A stretch of 64,000 nt of DNA from Candidatus Poribacteria bacterium (GTDB lineage Bacteria; Poribacteria; WGA-4E; PCPOR2b). Of this stretch, positions 58,324-64,000 are shown piece after piece. Made by a program: the position numbers and the translations under genes. The notes below the pieces were generated by a model. It was not told the DNA's origin. It did not search any database and saw only the letters and a program-made list of their open reading frames with translations. Numbering within the stretch: position 1 is the stretch's first letter; the number at the start of each line of letters is the position of its first letter. The stretch lies in the NCBI GenBank assembly GCA_965116925.1, contig OZ220744.1:1536001-1600000 (forward strand), given 5' to 3'.

Positions 58324-61152
58324 ATGATACCGTTGATTGAAACACTCCAAACAAACCTGTGGCTCAAATTCTTGATTGACGCTACGATGAAAAGTCTTGT
58401 GATTTTCGGCACGGCAGGGTTATTTGGATTCATGCTGCGTCGCCATTCAGCGGCGGTACGCAGTTTGGTTTGGAGTTTGGCAATCCTCGGATACCTTATT
58501 GTGCCACTATTTTCACTCGTACTGCCACAATGGAAAGTTGGCGTTCTACCGGCAACGCCGGATGAACTTGAGATAGTCCCGCGGATAAATAACCGGCAGC
58601 CATCTACAGCCTCTGTCCCAATTACGGTGCGTCCGTTATCTTCAAGCACTACGTCATCAACTCAAGCCGCACAGATACCGATTCAACCGAAACATACTAC
58701 CGGTGAAATCGGCAATTCTCAATCGAGTACCTCAAGAATAGGTTTCGCTTCGCTCCATTGGACTGAGTGGATAGCGGTGTGTTGGGCGGCAGGGGCCCTG
58801 TTTCTGATCGCCCGTTTGATAATGGGAATCGGTGCTGTCTGGCAGCTCTCTACCCGCAGCAACAATTTCACAGGTTTAATTCCACACATGCCCCCCAATT
58901 GGAAGAGACCGGTCAGTATCCGCCAGAGCGAAGCAGTTACGGTGCCGATGGTGTGGGGATTGTTTCGCCCGGTGATTTTGCTGCCCGCTGATGTGAGCAA
59001 TTGGTCGATAGAACGGCAACGTGCTGTACTGCTTCACGAATTGGCACATATCCAACGACAAGACTGGTTAATGCAGATGATGGCACAAATAACCTGTGCG
59101 GTGTACTGGTTTAACCCATTCATCTGGTTTGCTGCACGTCGTATGCAGGCGGAGGCGGAACGTGCGTGCGATGATCATGTACTTAATGCGGGGTATCAAT
59201 CAACCGAGTATGCCCAACATCTGCTCGATATTGTCCGAAATATCAAAGCGTTGCGCTCCGTTTCGCGGGCGACTGTGGCAATGGTACGGCAATCCAAAAT
59301 TGAGGGGAGGCTCCGAATGATTCTCGCTAAACGCCGCAATCGGAGGCCAATGACGAAGATCGCTGTAGTGATAGGACTGCTTGCACTGATCTGCTTTGCT
59401 GTACCGATGGGTGTAATGCGGCTGACAGAAGGGGTAGACCCAATTGATGATCCAGCATTGCTGAACGAAACATACGAACATAAGGAACAGATTTATGGCC
59501 TGATGGCTGATGGGACAAGATGGAGGATATATGACCTGCTTCGTGCCGAACTTATCTTGGGGAAACCTGTGCCTGATTTTTCGCACACCAGCTTAGACGG
59601 CATCCCCATATCGTTGAATGATTTGCGAGGTAAAGTAGTCGTGCTCTACTATTGGTCGATAGAATATGATGAATCGGATATATCAAAATTCAAACGATTA
59701 CACAAGAAGCATGGTGAAAACCCTGACTTGATCCTAATTTCTATTTGTGTACAGAGCAGGGCAGCTGAGGGGGAGACAGAGGTGAAACAGTTCGTCGAGA
59801 CACACGGGATGCCGGGGGTTCACCTGCTCCTTAAACCCGAAGCAGTGCCGTACCCATTTGCTGTGAAGGGTTGGCCCTATTATGTGGTCATTGATAAAGC
59901 GGGGATAATCCGCGAGAGTGATCGTGGTTACGCATTGAGTGGTCGTGCGTTAAGAGATTTGGAAGTTGAACAGTTGGTCACAGCACTGTTAGCGGAAGAT
60001 ACGGATGCCTTCGACGAGCGTACCATCCCTCGAATCAGTCAAATCCGTTCTGAATTTTACATATCTCAAGAGCAGCAGGAAAAAGCACTTGCCGAATATG
60101 AAAAACTTCTCGATTTCCTCTATCGAGAACCAGAACAAACGGTTGAGGCAGCAGCGTTAATCGATCGAGCATACGGCCGGATGGTTGAAGCGAGGAATGT
60201 GTCAGGTCCGGGTCCTGATCTTAGTCGTTTCAGAGCTGGGTTAGGACAATTTTTTTCTCATTACGAAGAAGAGTTAGACCAGATCTTCTTGCAGCAATAT
60301 AACACAGATAAGGTAATCGATTCATACGGACAGGTAGGTAAACACCAAGAACACCGAAAACAGTCCTTAGAAAAGTTAGCGCAGCAACCCTTAACTGCTG
60401 ATCAACAACAACTCCTGACTCAACTTCTCAAAAATGATAGGAGCCTAGAGGAAGTCCTGTCAAACGAACCATATTTAGCTTATCTGAAAACGCGATACAG
60501 ACAGGCGTATAAGGATTTTGATGCTTATGTCGCCGCCATGCCAACACCGAGACAGAAAACTGCTATCCGGTCCACGCTTAAATCTGTACTATCCCCAATA
60601 ACAGTTTTATCCTCGCTCCATCCAGTGCCAAAGGCAAAGCAATTACAAATCTGTGTAAATTCGTATTTCGAGGCGCGCGAGTGGCTACTTACCAAGGATA
60701 GCATACCGCCTACTATTGATCATGTGGAAGAGTTTAGAGAGTTTGAGGAGTTTAGCACATTCTTCGGAACATATTTTATCCCTCCAATGGTAGAGATGTA
60801 TCGTGATACACTGCTTGGCATTGATAATAGCTGGACGGACTCGCATATCTTTGGTTTGTATTGGAATGAGTCAAATATGCGTATGATGAGCCAGACCGTG
60901 TATCTTATGGCAGACGATGACATAGCGGTGTTTCAGAATGCCTTTCGTGAGCGTTTGGAAAAATTTGGCTCGCGGGAAGGACTGCTCCGGTGCGCGATTG
61001 GGTTCCCCGATGATTTCGCGCTTATGCGTTCGTTTTTTGAAGATGCCATGGCACTGGAAAAATGGATTTTAGAACCCCCATCTCCTCCTAAGAGGGAAAG
61101 ATGGTTACTCCGCTTAGCTCCTTCTGAGGAAGAATCGGAAACAGGACAATGA
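58324..61152 (+). CDS. M56 (BlaR1-like) metallopeptidase paralogue with redoxin-like domain lacking CxxC
   Basis: N-terminal ~370 aa highly similar to the 54758 gene; PDFSHTSLDG..LNDLRGKVVVLYYW...WPYYVVIDKAG. Confidence 0.88.
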   Translation: MIPLIETLQTNLWLKFLIDATMKSLVIFGTAGLFGFMLRRHSAAVRSLVWSLAILGYLIVPLFSLVLPQWKVGVLPATPDELEIVPRINNRQPSTASVPITVRPLSSSTTSSTQAAQIPIQPKHTTGEIGNSQSSTSRIGFASLHWTEWIAVCWAAGALFLIARLIMGIGAVWQLSTRSNNFTGLIPHMPPNWKRPVSIRQSEAVTVPMVWGLFRPVILLPADVSNWSIERQRAVLLHELAHIQRQDWLMQMMAQITCAVYWFNPFIWFAARRMQAEAERACDDHVLNAGYQSTEYAQHLLDIVRNIKALRSVSRATVAMVRQSKIEGRLRMILAKRRNRRPMTKIAVVIGLLALICFAVPMGVMRLTEGVDPIDDPALLNETYEHKEQIYGLMADGTRWRIYDLLRAELILGKPVPDFSHTSLDGIPISLNDLRGKVVVLYYWSIEYDESDISKFKRLHKKHGENPDLILISICVQSRAAEGETEVKQFVETHGMPGVHLLLKPEAVPYPFAVKGWPYYVVIDKAGIIRESDRGYALSGRALRDLEVEQLVTALLAEDTDAFDERTIPRISQIRSEFYISQEQQEKALAEYEKLLDFLYREPEQTVEAAALIDRAYGRMVEARNVSGPGPDLSRFRAGLGQFFSHYEEELDQIFLQQYNTDKVIDSYGQVGKHQEHRKQSLEKLAQQPLTADQQQLLTQLLKNDRSLEEVLSNEPYLAYLKTRYRQAYKDFDAYVAAMPTPRQKTAIRSTLKSVLSPITVLSSLHPVPKAKQLQICVNSYFEAREWLLTKDSIPPTIDHVEEFREFEEFSTFFGTYFIPPMVEMYRDTLLGIDNSWTDSHIFGLYWNESNMRMMSQTVYLMADDDIAVFQNAFRERLEKFGSREGLLRCAIGFPDDFALMRSFFEDAMALEKWILEPPSPPKRERWLLRLAPSEEESETGQ

Positions 61153-61243
61153 AACTTACCAATTAAAGCTCTACCAACTCCCCCACCTCTCTCTCTATTC
61201 CCAATCTCAGTACTTAGACAACTTCAAAAAAGTGTTACGGTTT

Positions 61244-61272
61244 TTGACTTTTTGTAAGGCGTGATATATACT
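61244..61272 (+). promoter_or_regulatory. Putative sigma70 promoter
   Basis: TTGACT-17 bp-TATACT upstream of 61344. Confidence 0.55.
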
Positions 61273-61343
61273 CTTACCGTTTGCTTCATCTGGACTGTAT
61301 TCAAACAGATCGTGTTTCACGACTGTAAGGAGATCTGACGCCT

Positions 61344-64000
61344 ATGATAAAGTATCTGATACTCGGTGGAAGTGCGCTGCTTCTCGGATTCCTGTTTTTC
61401 CCGCGTGGAGAGGTTGTCTCGGTTGACGATCAAGATTTTATTGCACCTGTTCGCACTCTTGAGAATGAACCACTCCACTATACCGGCATTCTGCGAACGG
61501 ATCCGATTGTCACTACATACGATTTAGGTTTTGTGTATAGAATTGATAAAGCAGAAATCCGCTTTGAGAACCCCGATGAGAGTGGGCCTCGGCAGTATGA
61601 CCTCCTTGTTCACACCGATAGAGCCGGGCAGCGGTTTGAACGCGCATTTTCGTATACGGGCAGTTCCCGCGAATATACATATCCCCGACAAGCATTCCCC
61701 CTTCCGATTGAAGCACGCTGGGTGCAGGTCGTCATCAACGACTGGTTCAGCAGTAAGCCACAGCTGCAAAAAGATGCGTTTCGCGTCGCTCCCCGCTATC
61801 AATCCCATAGCCCAATTTTAGTACTCGAAGCAAACTACAATATCGCTGAACTCCAGCGATTGACAGACCTGCTTCCCTTTGAAAACTCCAGATGGATTGG
61901 GGCGCAACGGGTCGAAAAAGAGATAACACAGGGAGATGGAAAAAAGGTGATGGAAATCTCCTATAGGGCCCCAACAAGTTCGATTCAAGTGATTGGCGAT
62001 CTCGGATCCAATCAGCAGATCTACGGTATGCGTCTGACAACAGATGGCCCCGGAAACAATCTCAAGCGGTATCAATTTTCTGTCAGCGAAGACGGACAAG
62101 AGTATACAGAGATCTATGTATCGCGCACGCTTGCTGATGAGACGGTCACACATCTGCGTCAATTCCAGCCGGCAATATCGGGACGCTACATCCGCCTGCA
62201 CATTGAACAGGGGGATTGGTATGGAGATTATCCTGAGATTCGAGAGTTTGAGGTTTTCACGGACACTTACCGACCTTCGCCTCCCATTGACGACAAACTA
62301 GACGAATACAACGCCGTGCAGATGCACTATGAAAACTTGGGTGAAAGTGGAAACACCCTTGCTCCACATCTGATTCAAGGCTTCGCGTATGATAGGGATA
62401 CAGGTGATGAAAATCGCTACCTCCTACCAGAGGGCGACGCATCAAATGCGGTGGAGGTGGGGAATACATCGAGCCAGAGGAGTTTCGCTTACCATTATGA
62501 TACCGTTAGGGTCAGATTCAGAGATCTACAGCCCTCGCTGCTATACTGGACAAAAGTGACCTATCTTCAAGAAAAAGGTGGGACTCGGATACAGAACCTT
62601 GATGTTGACGGATTTCTGCTGCACGATGCACTTGCACTTCCGAAAAGCAGGGCAAAGTCCTACACCTACGCAATACCGAGTGAGGCTTATGCGGATGGCG
62701 AAATTGTTCTCAACTTTAATCGTTTGACGGGACCAAATGCAGTGGTTTCGGAGGTATCTATCCTTGAAGCCAATCCAACCACCGGAGCGGTCAGTGCTAG
62801 CACTGAATCAGAGGCATCTTATGACGAAACAATCGGGCAGGCGGTTCGTATGAGCGAAAAAGTTGTAATTGATGGAACGCTAGATGAATGGCCCCTGCTT
62901 TACCCAATGCTTCCTCAAAACTACGACACCCCTGCGGACTCCCCTGTGGTACTCTATGCCCAGTGGGACGATGATAACCTGTATATCGCAGGAGTTGCCA
63001 ACCGACACGCTGAACCGCCTCCGACGCCTCGAAAAGCGAACGGGGACGAGGCATTGCATCTATTTGTCGATACGATGTGGACGCAATCTCCGGGGATGTA
63101 TACTCCCAGCGAGCACCACTTCGTCTTTACTATCCATAATCCAGATCGTCCACAACCTCGGGTCCATCCATCGCAAATACACCATCACCTAGATGCTATT
63201 CCGAAAAACATCGACTTTCACAAGGATATTGAAGTCCAAGCTGCGAAAACAGAGAAGGGGTATATCCTTGAAGCTAGGATTCCCAGAGGTCTGGTGTTAA
63301 ATGCGTTTGAACCGGCGATTGATCGCTCTATCGGCTTTAACTACATCATGACCAACCTCAAGCTGACGAAGGGACCATCTGGTTGGTTCGCTTACGCTTC
63401 GGACGAATTCACCGCCCCCCCAAACCGCTGGAATGAAGTTGAACTTGTCAATCGAATCAGCGGAGATGTCGTGTTAATGGATGATCGTGCAACCCAACCG
63501 CTCTCGTCGTTTAACGCTGGCGACACGCTGACCCTCTGTGTGTGGGACGCCGACCGAAATACCGATCGGCATCAGGTAGAATTAATTGAAGCAGAATTAC
63601 GAAATGATACAACCGGACAGTTGATACCAATTACTCTCCATGAGTCTAACTCTGCCGCGCTAGCAGACGATAATTCGGATAACGATTTCGGCAAGAACAG
63701 TTCCCTCTTTGCTGCGAAGATTTCCACCGCTTATGGTAGTAATGAAGAAGATGACATAGATTCACAAATACTTTTTGTTCGCGGTGAGGAGACAGTGTCC
63801 TTGAAATACATCGATCCGTACTATAGCAGCACCCAACGTGACCAAATAGTGAGTAGCACTGTGAAAGTAAACACTGGATCGACCGGGACAATTGCAATCA
63901 CCACGAAATCTAGCGAACCAATCGAGGCATTTGAGCTTGGTGAAACTCTTTACATACAGGTTGAAGATCCCGATCTACTCAAAGCAATCGACAAACCGGT
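61344..64000 (+). CDS. Large secreted protein with discoidin (F5/8C)-like and CBM9-like domains, truncated by window end
   Basis: AAGGAG RBS; MIKYLILGGSALLLGFLFF signal; DLGSNQQIYGMRL..YQFSVSEDG..GRYIRLHI..EIREFEVF; IDGTLDEW..QWDDDNLYI..GYILEARIP. I found no stop in the part I translated, and it is absent from the ORF track, consistent with running off the window. Confidence 0.8.
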   Translation, partial: MIKYLILGGSALLLGFLFFPRGEVVSVDDQDFIAPVRTLENEPLHYTGILRTDPIVTTYDLGFVYRIDKAEIRFENPDESGPRQYDLLVHTDRAGQRFERAFSYTGSSREYTYPRQAFPLPIEARWVQVVINDWFSSKPQLQKDAFRVAPRYQSHSPILVLEANYNIAELQRLTDLLPFENSRWIGAQRVEKEITQGDGKKVMEISYRAPTSSIQVIGDLGSNQQIYGMRLTTDGPGNNLKRYQFSVSEDGQEYTEIYVSRTLADETVTHLRQFQPAISGRYIRLHIEQGDWYGDYPEIREFEVFTDTYRPSPPIDDKLDEYNAVQMHYENLGESGNTLAPHLIQGFAYDRDTGDENRYLLPEGDASNAVEVGNTSSQRSFAYHYDTVRVRFRDLQPSLLYWTKVTYLQEKGGTRIQNLDVDGFLLHDALALPKSRAKSYTYAIPSEAYADGEIVLNFNRLTGPNAVVSEVSILEANPTTGAVSASTESEASYDETIGQAVRMSEKVVIDGTLDEWPLLYPMLPQNYDTPADSPVVLYAQWDDDNLYIAGVANRHAEPPPTPRKANGDEALHLFVDTMWTQSPGMYTPSEHHFVFTIHNPDRPQPRVHPSQIHHHLDAIPKNIDFHKDIEVQAAKTEKGYILEARIPRGLVLNAFEPAIDRSIGFNYIMTNLKLTKGPSGWFAYASDEFTAPPNRWNEVELVNRISGDVVLMDDRATQPLSSFNAGDTLTLCVWDADRNTDRHQVELIEAELRNDTTGQLIPITLHESNSAALADDNSDNDFGKNSSLFAAKISTAYGSNEEDDIDSQILFVRGEETVSLKYIDPYYSSTQRDQIVSSTVKVNTGSTGTIAITTKSSEPIEAFELGETLYIQVEDPDLLKAIDKP

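Noticed and set aside
54372..61152. Beta-lactam resistance locus
   Set aside because: No penicillin-binding sensor domain or beta-lactamase seen; the MBL at 49492 looks glyoxalase-II-like.

Overview
Bacterial chromosomal window, most likely from Candidatus Poribacteria or a similar sponge-associated lineage. This is inferred from the LRR+dockerin+FlgD-like secreted proteins, three PhyH dioxygenases, a sulfatase and enolase-superfamily dehydratases. It holds about 45 CDSs, mostly catabolic or housekeeping: korAB, CBS proteins, a TPP enzyme, ComM/YifB, SppA, an M28 peptidase, CocE, a PIN toxin-antitoxin pair, BlaI with two M56 paralogues, and a large secreted discoidin/CBM protein cut by the window end. 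I saw no rRNA, tRNA, CRISPR array, transposase or reverse transcriptase. The main non-coding signal is that many intergenic spacers are built from several families of miniature inverted-repeat elements. These have distinct termini, and three families show readable target duplications (8 bp, TA, 1 bp). They nest inside each other and carry interchangeable GTAG-hairpin (REP/REPIN-like) cargo. The main coding oddities are a mosaic cassette at 268-2958 ending in an apparently catalytically dead prim-pol fused to a topoisomerase Zn-ribbon, domain-shuffled M56 sensor paralogues, and tandem LRR-glycoside-hydrolase-like paralogues whose signal peptides are encoded by an 8-bp tandem repeat. All family assignments come from motif recognition by eye; no database search was run.
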